DNA of 60,535 nucleotides, filler included, from Pirum gemmata (Eukaryota): NCBI GenBank assembly GCA_002812295.1. It is 11 parts of 11 records of this genome, joined end to end, with 100 filler letters (N's around TTAATTAATTAA, not from the genome) between each part and the next. Parts side by side here need not be neighbours in the genome. Positions count along the whole stretch, not along the records: positions 1 to 5,255 come from PDIN01000622.1; positions 5,356 to 10,613 come from PDIN01000623.1; positions 10,714 to 15,983 come from PDIN01000624.1; 8 more parts are not named here. One strand, 5' to 3'. Shown piece by piece: positions 1 to 11,887 of this stretch (position 1 is its first letter; each line of letters starts with the position of its first letter). The notes under the pieces were generated by a model. It saw only the letters and a program-made list of their open reading frames with translations, ran no database searches and was not told where the DNA came from. The position numbers and the translations under genes were made by a program.

Positions 1-169
1 GGTTAGGGTTAGGGTTGGGATTAGGGTTGGGATTAGGATTAGCAATTCATTCAATACCGATTAACATACAAAGTAACAGTAACAGTGCAAAACATAATCA
101 TAATAGTAAAAATGGTGGTAGTGGCAGTGAAAATTGTACAATAAATAACAAACAATGAAAAATAAACAA

Positions 170-575
170 CAAACAATAAAACAATAAAACAATAAAACAA
201 TAAAACAATAAAACAATAAAACAATAAAACAATAAAACAATAAAAACAGTAAAACAATAAAACAATAAAACAATAAAACAATAAAACAATAAAACAATAA
301 AAACAATAAAAACAATAAAACAATAAAACAATAAAACAATAAAACAATAAAAACNAGTGAAAATTGTACAATAAATAACAAACAATGAAAAATAAACAAC
401 AAACAATAAAACAATAAAACAATAAAACAATAAAACAATAAAACAATAAAACAATAAAACAATAAAACAATAAAAACAGTAAAACAAAAAAACAATAAAA
501 CAATAAAAAAATAAAACAATAAAACAATAAAACAATAAAACAATAAAACAATAAAACAATAAAACAATAAAACAA
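170..575. repeat. (AAAACAAT)n 8-bp satellite, followed by CCA/CTA microsatellites to ~820
   Basis: Visible tandem 8-mer; the same repeat recurs at 10350-10613; the ORFs called here are repeat artefacts. Confidence 0.95.
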
Positions 576-750
576 TCATCATCACCACCACCCATACCAC
601 CACCGCCCATACCACCACCATCCACACAACCATCACCCACACCACCACCATCCACACCGCCACCACTCACACCACCACCACCCACACCACCACTACCACT
701 ACCACCACCACCACCACCACTACTAACACTACACACACCAATACCACCAA

Positions 751-816
<66 letters not shown>

Positions 817-1460
817 CATCATCACTCACACCCGTTTCTACCCACGCACCATCTACACACACGCTGCCGCCACCACACCCATTGTTTTATTGTAATGTAG
901 ATAATAATAGAGGTGGATGAGATAACAATAAACAGGAATTAACATCAAAAAATTAAAAATTACTTTTTTCGTGCGTTATACCGCTCAAGTCCAATTCTCA
1001 TCAAATCTTCCTGTGATCTATTCATTGTAATATATATTTCTAAATAAAATCACCAATTCTAAATTGAAATCGCCAGCACTAAAATAAAATCACTTGTGAA
1101 TGATTTCATGAACGACTTTTAGTTTTTGTTTGTTTTTGTTTTTTGTTTTTTTATCGTGTTTACATTCATCTTTATATTATAATAATATTATTTAATTAAT
1201 AATATAATCTACCAGCTAGTATCATAGTAGAGATAGATGGTAAGATTTTTTTTTTATGGGTAAGACTGAGTCACTGAGTACCCTAAATTACTCCTAAATT
1301 AACCGTTTGGGACAAAACCTAATCTTTTTATGGTTAGAATGTTCTTGTCTAGATGTTTTTGTGGTGACTTAGTACGGTAGCTACCCGTATATTTATATTG
1401 TAAAACAGACCAGTAGCTACTAGCTAGTAGACCCGACCCACCCCCCCCCGGTCTACAATA

Positions 1461-1645
1461 GCGCTTTTCAATTGTTTTGTCATCATAAATAAATACACAA
1501 TAAATAGTACCAAATTAATACAATACAAACCCATTTAATTTTATTTGGTATATTTTATTATCTATGTATTGATTTAAAAAATGTCAATTTAAATATTATA
1601 ACCCTCCAAATAAATATTCAGAGTAACAAAATAAATGAAAAGCAC
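1461..1645. mobile_element. ~185-bp MITE family A (termini GTGCTTTTCA...TGAAAAGCAC, often in TA context; Tc1/mariner-like)
   Basis: Related copies at ~7204-7372, 8605-8786, 33627-33796, 38232-38412, 39559-39790, 39915-40096, 40484-40643, 55040-55151 and 57310-57487, in both orientations, with shared core GTACCAAATTAATA...ATTTGGTATATTTTATT. Confidence 0.85.
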
Positions 1646-1909
1646 GATTGAAATTTGCCAGCATAATGTGTATAAAAATGTGTACAAATAGCGTGAGCGT
1701 TGAATCTATTCTTTTACCAATTCTATTAACGCCGAAAAACATGTGTGACAGCGCTAGCTAGCTAGCTAGCTAGAAATCTACTTTTTTGATAGGCTACTGG
1801 GTATTGGCCTCAGAAAATTTACACCTTTTACATTATCATATCGGTATAGGCCCTGGGTCTACTTAGACTCTACTATCGGTATCATATTATAATAAATTTA
1901 TCATACAGG

Positions 1910-1945
<36 letters not shown>

Positions 1946-2443
1946 TACTATCATTATTATCATTATTATTATTACTATTATTATTATTACTATTATTATT
2001 ATTATTATTATTATTACTATTATTATTATTATTATTATTAGTGGTAGTAGTAGAAGTAGTAGTAGTAGTAGCTATAGTAGTAGTAATAGTAGTATCATAG
2101 TAGCAATAGTTATACTATGGTAATGGTAGGGCTAGTTCCTGCTAGTTATTTTTATTGTGTTTTTTTCCTAATACTTAATTAGTCTTAAAATAAATGTTGA
2201 AAGAGTGGGGTTAGGGGTTAGAGTTAAGGTTAGAGAGGTGTGACGATTAGGGGTTAGGATTAGGGTTAGAGTCATGGTTAGGGTGGTTAATTTTTACTTA
2301 CACACATAAGAGGCTACGTTGATTTTTCATTATAAAAGACGTCACAATAATGTAATTTTATTTTTTATTTTTTGCCAACCTCATTTCTCATTTCTTCTAC
2401 CTAACCCCCCTCCGTGCTAGCTAGCCCTATACTTTAGTATGGG

Positions 2444-2542
2444 AGAGGAGGTAACTTATGCCTGAGGTTAAATATATATACCCTGCCTTTACCAGAGGAG
2501 GTAACTTATACCTGAGGTTATATATATATACCCTGCCTTTAC
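2444..2542. repeat. 50-bp tandem duplication
   Basis: AGAGGAGGTAACTTAT..CCTGAGGTTA..CCCTGCCTTTAC occurs twice, starting at 2444 and 2494. Confidence 0.85.
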
Positions 2543-2904
2543 TATTCGTACCATCTGACAAATTTTTGTTTATGGTGACGTCATACGTATTTGTGCCTCC
2601 TTGCATAGTTTTACCATTTCTTTATCTTTATCATTAAAAGCGTGACTAGGTTCCTTCAGTTGTTGGTTATACAATTCAGGATTTTCACTCTTTTTTCTGA
2701 CTTTAGTGATCCTCGACATCCCACACCCTAAAACAGCTCTTATTATCACACTAGAGTGACCTTGAATTACAGAAAAATAAAAAACTTATAATAAAATTTT
2801 TGTTTTTTATGTTTTACAAACAAAAAAAATAGAAGGAAAAAAATAATGTAATAATTAGAGTACATATTTTTATCTATTATAACAAAACAAGNNNNNNNNN
2901 NNNN

Positions 2905-2978
<74 letters not shown>

Positions 2979-3225
2979 AAAAAAACAGCATGGCAAAAAA
3001 AAGTGTTCGAAAAAAAAACTTGTTCGATCATATTAAAATTGAGGTTTTCGACTCGAAGTTCAAAAAAGTGTAAAAAATCGAAAAAAATGCTGAAAAATTG
3101 CGGTATACTGGTCTACCGCCAATTGTTTCATATTCATATCAATACATGCAAAAATAACCTTTTTTTGCAACCAGCTTATCATAATAAAAATAATATATAT
3201 CGATATATATATATATATATTTAGC

Positions 3226-3463
3226 ATTTTAGTTCTGTTGTCTTCTGTTTCAAATTTTATATGTACTTTTTTGGTAGGTTCTCGTGCTTTACCTTTTGTA
3301 ATTCTAGTAAAGGTGATGTCGTGTTGTTGTTCCAACAAGACAGTTTCAAAAAGCTGGAACAACAACACGACATCACCTTTACTAGAATTACATAAGGTAA
3401 AGCACGAGAACCTACCAAAAAAGTCCATATAAAATTTGAAACAGAAGAGAACAGAACTAAAAT
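3226..3463. repeat. Fold-back inverted repeat (109-bp arms, 20-bp loop) made of LINE ORF1-like sequence
   Basis: 3226-3334 is the reverse complement of 3355-3463 with about 3 mismatches. Confidence 0.9.
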
Positions 3464-4465
3464 CATGCTCTCCATTATGCCCCCTCATCCAACAAGCCCG
3501 AGTCCAAGGCCAAACAAGATCACAGGAAAAAAAAATGACATTCTAGCCGGCAGAACCCACTCTACACGCACTAAAAACTCCCCAACCACACCAAAAGGCA
3601 CTAGCTATGCAAGCGTAGCAGCAAATGAAAGTGACACACAAAAAGCCATGGCAGCTTTGACAGCCAAACTTGAAGAATTGCAAAAAAAGGTCGACCACCT
3701 ATCGAGCAACACTTCCCAACCAACCACAAACGACCAATCAGACCGCTTAATCACACTTGAAAACAAAGTAAGTAACTTAACAAACGCAATTACAAAAGGG
3801 GAAACCACTACCTACCAATGGAAATATAAAATGACAGAGAGGCAAACACAAATTGATAACATGGTAGGCTCACTGGCCACACAAATGAAACTATTAGCTG
3901 AATTGTCTTCCAAAATGATGGAAAAGATTGAAGAAAAAATAAATAACTTACAAGTAAACCCATGAATACAACCAACCAACTAAACATAATCCAGTACAAT
4001 ATTAACTCACTCAAACTCAGAAAAGTTGAACTAGAACACATATTACATAACAATAACATCCACATTTGTGCGCTTAATGAGACCAAGTTTTAACACCAAC
4101 AGATACTCTAGAGCTAAGGAACTACAGGGTACTTAGGAAAGAACGCAGTCAAAAAAAAAGGAGGGGGAGTGGCCATCTTAATTCATAAAAACATATCCTT
4201 TAATACAATAACCCTAAATAATGCAAATATTAACGATGAAATACTAGCAATAACCATCCCCCAAGCAATCACACACAAAAAAGACTTGTTAATTAATAAT
4301 TAACTATTATCGAGCCCCCACAACAACAATATTCAACGCCCCTTTGCTTAACGAAATAGGAAGAAAAACAAATGTACAAACTTTGATACTAGGAGACCTA
4401 GCCACCACCCGACCTGGAGAAGTAAAAAAAAAAATAAAACAGGGGAAGTGATAAACAAATTGACT
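3355..4465 (+). mobile_element. Degenerate non-LTR retrotransposon (LINE): ORF1 C-terminal part (to 3965) plus ORF2 APE endonuclease fragment from ATG 3962
   Basis: ORF1 stop overlaps ORF2 start (ATGA 3962-3965). ORF2 reads MNTTNQLNIIQYNINSLKLRKVELEHILHNNNIHICALNETK..., then KKKGGGVAILIHKNISF and LILGD / HHPTW in shifted frames. These are exonuclease-endonuclease-phosphatase motifs of LINE ORF2; stops and frameshifts are present and there is no RT. Confidence 0.85.
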
Positions 4466-4477
4466 AAAAAAGTTTGA

Positions 4478-4690
4478 CTTCCGGCCTGTGAGGAAATTTG
4501 TGTTTTTGAGTTCTGGCCTGTGAGTAAAAATAAAGGATTGGGTTCTGGCCTGTGAGTAAAATTTTTTTTTTGAGTTCTGGCCTGTGAGTAGTTTTTTTTT
4601 TCTGGGTTCTGGCCTGTGAAGGAGAAAAAAACATTGAGTTCTGGCCCCTCACAAAAAAAATGTTTTTTGGGTTTAGGCCTCTGACATTTT
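4478..4690. repeat. ~32-bp tandem repeat with core GTTCTGGCCTGTGA
   Basis: About 7 imperfect copies directly after the LINE fragment. Confidence 0.8.
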
Positions 4691-4802
4691 TTTGTAGAAT
4701 AGGTTTCGTACCCCGCAAAAAAGTGTTCGCAAAAAAGCGGTGTAGTAAAAAAAATTTTTTTTTTCATAGTCTATCATAGATTCATAATTGTATCAGAGCT
4801 TC

Positions 4803-4844
<42 letters not shown>

Positions 4845-5224
4845 TTCTTATTATTATTATTATTATTTACTATTATTATTATTATTATTGATATTGTTAT
4901 TATTGTTATAATTGTTATTATTGTTATTAATATTGTTGTTGTTTTTGTTGTTAAATATTGTGACTGATTTAATTTGGTTTCGGGATTAATTTGGGTTTCT
5001 TTTTAGATTTACATTTTTTGTTTTATTTTGAAACTGTGCACATTTTTGTATTAATTTTTGTGTTTGTAGTAAAAATATTACGTCAACAATAATAACAAGA
5101 GGATGAAATGGAACAGCTAATAGAACACACACAACAAACACGACAAACAAACAAAAAACTCAGATTGTGTGACAGACTCAGTGTTTGTTTTTTTTTTTAG
5201 GTTTTTTTAGCATTTTTTTTTGAA

Positions 5225-5255
<31 letters not shown>

Positions 5256-5355
5256 NNNNNNNNNNNNNNNNNNNNNNNNNNNNNNNNNNNNNNNNNNNNT
5301 TAATTAATTAANNNNNNNNNNNNNNNNNNNNNNNNNNNNNNNNNNNNNNNNNNNN
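5256..5355. other. Artificial contig spacer (44N-TTAATTAATTAA-44N); identical spacers at 10614-10713, 15984-16083, 21348-21447, 26681-26780, 31999-32098, 37357-37456, 42659-42758, 48015-48114, 53334-53433
   Basis: The same 100-bp structure occurs ten times; TTAATTAATTAA puts stop codons in all six frames, as a concatenation linker would. Confidence 0.97.
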
Positions 5356-5399
5356 AGAAAAAGAAACAAGAAAAACAAGAAAATCAAAAGCATCCTTAC

Positions 5400-5802
5400 A
5401 AATATAACAAGAATGATGAAGTTCCAAGGTGCTTTTCTTCGAACACTTCCGCAGCAAGATAAAATAATAATGCAAGAAATACTTACAGCCAAAGTTACCC
5501 ATAAAACCCACAAATTCATTGCCACAAAATTAGATACAGATTCTATTAAAGTAAAAGCAGCTATAATTCCAACGGTAACCAAGAGTTGTAAAGACAAAAT
5601 TCCAAAAACCTTTTTCAAAAAACCACGATGAATGGCTTCATCTTGGTCTTTGACTAACCCACCTTTAAATAGAGATTGATCCTCTTGAGCCTAATTATTT
5701 ACAATTTAAAATTATTCTTAAATAAAAACATTCGTTCACTGTATACATAGGAGTCAACCACAAGGCAACACAGCTAAACCATGAGCAACAACAAAACCAA
5801 TA

Positions 5803-5841
<39 letters not shown>

Positions 5842-6136
5842 CAACACTCACTAAACAATAAACAATAAAAATAAACACGACAAGACTAAACACAAAATAA
5901 ACTATAAACAAAAACTAAACTAAAAATAAAAATAGAAAACAAAAATAACAAATAACCTCAGGGTCATAGTTTTCATTATAGACAGGCGGATTATAATCAG
6001 GGTCAACAGAATCGTTATTATAATCATGACCATCATGAGTATATCCAGAACCTTCTCCTTGGTCATAGGCAGGAGGATTTAACAAACATTCTTCATCAGG
6101 GTCTTGACCTTGATGAGCACGGTTGTTTTTAAACAT
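5400..6136 (-). CDS. Lifeguard/TMBIM (Bax inhibitor-1 family) membrane protein, 5' part; exons 6136-5957 and 5690-5400, remainder lost at contig end
   Basis: Pro/Tyr-rich N-terminus (NPPAYDQ), then IHRGFLKKVFGILSLQLLVT...ILSCCGSVRRKAPWNFIILVIF, typical of the GRINA/FAIM2/TMBIM1 group; an in-frame GT..AG intron joins the exons and a GT donor follows at 5399. Confidence 0.88.
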
Positions 6137-6511
6137 TTGTATTGTTGTTGTTGTTATTTTGTATTATCGTTGATGTTGTTATTTTGTATTATTGTTGATT
6201 AAGAAATAATAGTAATGAAAAATTAATAATAATAATACTGAATAAATAAATAAATAAATAAATAAAAATGGATGAATAAATAAATAAATGAATAAATAAA
6301 TAAATAAATAAATAAATAAATAGAAAATAAAAGAAATATTATGCAACCACCAAAATGTAGAAAATATATCTTTTTTTTTGTTTGCACTTTTATGCGATTA
6401 TTTAGTTTTTCATTTTCTTTTTATATGTTTTTTTCTTTGTTTTTTGCACTTTTCTTTTTTCTTCATATTGATACAAAATTTAGGTGACGTATACTATTTT
6501 AGAGAGGTGCA

Positions 6512-6646
6512 AGGTTAGGGTTAGGGGGCTTAGGGCAGGGTTAGGGTTAGGGTTAGGGTTAGGGTTATGGTTAGGGTTAGGGTTACGGTTAGGGTTAGGG
6601 TTAGGGTTAGGGTTAGGGTTAGGGTTAGGGTTAAGGTTAGGGTTAC
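6512..6646 (+). repeat. Interstitial (TTAGGG)n array
   Basis: About 20 canonical or variant TTAGGG units flanked by unique sequence. Confidence 0.92.
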
Positions 6647-7548
6647 CACTTACCACTCTCAAATCCATTATTTTTTTATTAGTGCGTCATTTTATGGTTT
6701 TTATGGCCACCTTGTAATACAGCGAAAATAGTTGCGAAAATAGTGCGAAAAAACCTAATTTTTTTTCTTTTTTAAGATTATGTGTAATTTATAACTAATT
6801 TATATTTATCGCTACTTTAAATAGTAAATTTTATGCCTATAAAAAAAATTTGTTTTTTATTACTTTACATGGTAACTTTTATACTTATAAAAGAAATATT
6901 TTATATTTTTCATTTTCTATAAAAAGTTATAAATAATTTGCACAGTTATCGTTACTTTCTTTTAATATTTTGGACCTTTTTATTCTGCTTGTTCAGTAAC
7001 TCGATAGAATAAATAAAATTCGAACATTTATTGGTAAATACAAAATTTCGCCTATATCTACTCTAAAATACTTTTTTTACTTATAAATACTATTGAAGAG
7101 GCGAAAAACGTCACAAATACAACACAGCGCACAATATTCAGCATTCTCGCTCGAAAAAATTATTTTTAAAACATTACTAACCGCCTAAATAAGATTTATT
7201 ATCGTGCTTTTCATTTATTTGGTCACTCCGAATATTTATTTGGTTGTTTATAATATTTAAATTGATACTTTTAAATGAATAAATATATAATAAAATATAC
7301 CAAATTAAATTAAATGGATTCATATTGTATTAATTTGGTACTTTTTATTGTATACTTTATGATGACAAAAACACCTACTATCATTGATAGTGACAAAACA
7401 TCATACATGGGTCTAGCTAGGTCAAAAAAAACCCCCCACATCTAGATCTAAGGCCTCTAGCTGCTTGAGACGTAGGTTTTATGGTCTAGGTCTACCATGA
7501 AAAAAACCAAAGACCACAGGAAAAAAACCTATTGTTATTATTTATAAA

Positions 7549-7730
7549 TATGGTGCAAATAATTTAAAAACGTCCGACTTTTGGGATTCACCAGAATTTT
7601 CAGTTTTCAAACATAAGTCGTGTAATAGGTATTTGATAGATTTGAAATTTTCGAACATGGAAAAAAAAAATTGGACTTTTAAGTATCATAGTAAAAAAAA
7701 AGTAGGACGTTTTTAAATTGTTTGCGCCAT
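7549..7730. mobile_element. Probable MITE with ~34-bp imperfect terminal inverted repeats
   Basis: TATGGTGCAAATAATTTAAAAACGTCCGACTTTT ... AAAGTAGGACGTTTTTAAATTGTTTGCGCCATA. Confidence 0.6.
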
Positions 7731-8957
7731 AAGATAAAAATAACTGAAAAAAAAAATGACTAAAAAAAAAAAGCTGCTACTGACTAGACTAGCTACTAGC
7801 TAGCTACTAGTACTGAGAGCCAAGTCAACCCCAAATGGGTGCGGGAATTGTGCGGGAATGGCTACCTCTAGCTACGTATAGAACTAGGAATGGCTGATGG
7901 CGGCCAATCTACCAGTCTCTGGCAGTTCTCTGGCTACTAGCTAGCTAGCTAGCTAGAGAGCTATCATAACTAGCTAGCTAGAGTAGTATTTTTTAAAAAG
8001 GGAATGTTCGAGGTGGGTAGGTAGGTGGTATTTGACCGGAAATTAACGTCGAGGGGTAGGTAGGTAGGGGTATTTGAAGCTGTATTTGACCGGAAATTGA
8101 TGTTACATAGTATCATATTTGAACGCTCCCTAAGCCTCTCAATTCTACTTGAGCTCGAAAACTCGAATTTCTGCTTTCGAAAAAAAAGCCCTGTTCGAAA
8201 ATTATTATTTCCATTTTTTCGGGTTTATATATAAATATACTTAAATATTTAACTGTTAGCTTAAAATTTTCGAACTTATTTAATTAATACATAGGCTCGA
8301 AAACTCGATTTTTAAAACAAAGCAGATTTGAGAGAAGCTAGCTAGCTAGCTAGAGCTACTCTAGCTAGATGTGTCTCCAATTCTGCTCGAACCCGAAAAC
8401 TCGAAAAAAAAGAAGAAATTCAGCTCTGTTTGAAAAAAAAAAAATCCGTTTTTTCGGGGTTTACAAATAAATAAATATACTCGAATACTTAATTGAAAGA
8501 TCAAAATGTTCGATCTTATTTAATTAATGCATAGGCTTGAAAACTCGATTTTTTAAACAAAGCAAGCCAGACCACCCTTAGCCGGACCACTGGGCTATGC
8601 TAAAGTGCTTTTCATTTTATTTTGCCACTTGGAATATTTATTTGGAGGGTTATAATCTTTAAATTGATATTTTTAAATCAATACATAGATAATAAAATAT
8701 ACCAAATTAAATGAAATTGATTTATATTATATTAATTTGGTACTCTTTATTGTATATTTTATGATGACAAAACAACTGAAAAGCACTACCGGTGTACCTA
8801 TAGTCTACCAGCCTACCCTCAGTACCGGGGTAGTCTGTCTGGCAGCCCTTGGCCTACTACTAGCTACTAGCTAGCTAGCTAGCTAGCTAGAGTCTACGAC
8901 TACGATACTACTAGTAGTAGTACTATCCTGATTAGACTATCACGAATCCACGATACT

Positions 8958-9653
8958 CTAACCCTAACCCTAACCCTAACCCTAACCCTAACCCTAACCC
9001 TAACCCTAACCCTAACCCTAACCCTAACTATAACCCTAACCCTAACCCTAACCCTAACCTAGGCCTAGCTACTAACCCTAACCCTAACCCTAACCCTTAA
9101 CTCTTAACCCTAACCCTAACCCTAACCCTAACCCTAACCCTAACCCTAACCCTAACCCTAACTAGCTAGCTAGCTAGAGTACTATCATAGCTAGTAACTA
9201 TCATAGCTAGCTAGGGCCAGAGCTATAGCTATCAATATGATACTAACTGCTAGAGAGATATGATACTACTACTAGAATAACCCTAACCCTAACTATAACC
9301 CTAACCCTAACCCTAACCCTAACCTAGGCCTAGCTACTAACCCTAACCCTAACCCTAACCCTTAACTCTTAACCCTAACCCTTAACTCTTAACCCTAACC
9401 CTTAACTCTTAACCCTAACCCTTAAAACTCTTAATTAACCCTAACCCTTAACTCTTAACCCTAACCCTTAATTAAAACTCTTAATTAAAACCCTAACCCT
9501 AACCCTAACTCTTAATCCTTAACCCTAACCCTAACCCTAGCTAGTCTAGCCCTAACAGTCCCTAACCCTAACCCTAACCCAAGTCCAGCCCTAACCTTAA
9601 AACCCTAACCCTAACCCTACCCTAACCCTAACCAGGTCCCTAACCCTAACCCT
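8958..9653 (-). repeat. Long degenerate interstitial (CCCTAA)n array with internal higher-order duplication and CTAG/TTAA insertions
   Basis: Telomere-type hexamers interrupted by CCTAGGCCTAGCTA, CTTAACTCTT and TTAATTAA; the block near 9020-9110 recurs near 9285-9380. Confidence 0.9.
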
Positions 9654-11335
9654 ATTAAACCATAAAACATACTGTCTATTTCGTTACAGTTGTCTTCTCA
9701 ATCTTTAATTTGATACTGTTATATGTGTCTTTCACAACGAATATGGTCAAGTTTGCCTAATAATTTGTTGGTCAACCTTTTTCCACCAAGTGAAAAGTCT
9801 AGGTGAGCAATACAGCCATATAGTAATAATAACAGAAATAGTAATAGTAATAGTAATTAATGGTAATAGTAATGCTAACTATAATGGTAAAGGTAATGGA
9901 AATAGTAATGACAATCAACCATCCAGCAACCAACAACCAACAAAACAACAAATAACCACCTAACAACTAACAACCAACAACCGAAAATAACCAAGACATT
10001 ATTTAGAATCCTAAGCTTTTAAGTTTGTTTTATTAAAAGTTATTGAAAATTTAATGTTGGATTCTGGTTTTGTGTTTTGTATTTTTAACTCTCGTAATTT
10101 TCACTATTTTAGCTAACTTTTTAACGTTAACAGTATGTGCCCATTATGAGACTTATTAGGGTTAGTGTTGGTGTTGGTGTTGGTGTTAGGGTTTGGTGTT
10201 AGGGTTTAAGGTTAGCCACCGGGCTATAATAAGGGTTAGGGTTAGTAGACTTGGCTGGGTGAAACTGGTAACTTTGCTCGATGTGTATTTTACTTAATAA
10301 TAAATACGCATTTTGGATTTCTGGCATGGGAAGGGGGCTGAAACTATTGTAATAAAACAATAAAACAATAAAACAATAAAACAATAAAACAATAAAATAA
10401 TAAAATAATAAAACAATAAAACAATAAAACAATAAAATAATAAAACAATAAAACAATAAAACAATAACACAATAAAATAATAAAATAATAAAACAATAAA
10501 ACAATAAAACAATAAAACAATAAAACAATAGAACAATAAAATAATAAAACAATAAAACAATAAAACAATAAAATAATAAAACAATAGAACAATAAAACAA
10601 TAAAACAATAAAANNNNNNNNNNNNNNNNNNNNNNNNNNNNNNNNNNNNNNNNNNNNTTAATTAATTAANNNNNNNNNNNNNNNNNNNNNNNNNNNNNNN
10701 NNNNNNNNNNNNNAATAATAATAATAATAATTAGTAATAATTAATAATCAATAATAAAAATAGTAATAATAATATCATAATAATAAAAATAGTAATAATA
10801 ATAATAATGAATAATATGATAGTAATGATAATAATAGTATAATAATGATAATAATTAATACCTGTCTTTTTTCAAAAAAAAAAAAAAATCAAGGATTCTT
10901 TCTGATATGTTTTGTCCGCTTTTCTTTTTGTTTGCAAGGTTTCGATTGATAAACTCATGTAAATAAATTATAATGATATCAATGCAATAACACATAATAA
11001 TGATGTAACAGCCATGTAACCCTAGCCCTAATAATATAATATGACAATGATGTGCAATTTAGAATAGTCTATGAAAGTGAAGATTTATTGTAAGAATTAT
11101 ATAATCATATTATATCTATGGTAGCTTCTATGGTTGTGATAGTGGTGGCGGGTTATTTGCTGGGAAACTGTGATCCCAAGTATCAATCCAAACTTCAACC
11201 GTATGTTCCCAACCTGTATTACTTTGGGATGTCAGTGGCTGTGATTTCCACAGACTGGGAGTGACATTCGCCTTGTTAATACTGGGTAGCTGAATCTAAT
11301 AAGTTCAACTGCCATTAGAAAGAATCCAATTTTTT

Positions 11336-11381
<46 letters not shown>

Positions 11382-11887
11382 TTTGTTAAAAAAAAAAAAA
11401 AAAAAAACTTACAATTATAATGTACGTTTTGATTGGCTTGATTTTTTTCTTTCTTTAGAGATCTTACAATAATTTTATTTGCTAATTTCGCTTTTCCTTC
11501 AAGGATTCAATCTCGAATCAATGGTCAATCCTGATAAACAATCATGGTAGCCCAATCCCTTAGGCAGGTAGCAGGGTGCCATAGTGTGCCATACCTTGTT
11601 TCTCAAATGGGTTAGCCCAAATGACAAATGGAACGAACCTTGCTACAGTCTACCGGCGTTTACCAATATTTTACTAGCTAGCTTGCTAAAATTTATTTTC
11701 TTTCTGTTTGTACAGATGGTTTGTAATGCACAAATAGAGGGGGGGGGGGATTATAATATATAAGCTAAATCTAAAAAAAAAAAAAGAGAAAAATTAAGGA
11801 ATTAGAAATTTAGAATTTTTGGAAAATTTTGAAAATTTCTTTCTTTTTTTAATTTTTTGTTAAAAAAACGTTCATACAATAATAATA

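Noticed and set aside
127..575. Direct duplications flanking single N characters (355; also 15524, 18365)
   Set aside because: Most likely unmerged contig overlaps from scaffolding
51..862. Long hydrophobic FYCFIVLL ORFs (also 10199-10608, 36316-37010, 18519-18834, 56229-56645)
   Set aside because: They are translations of simple satellites that lack stop codons on one strand
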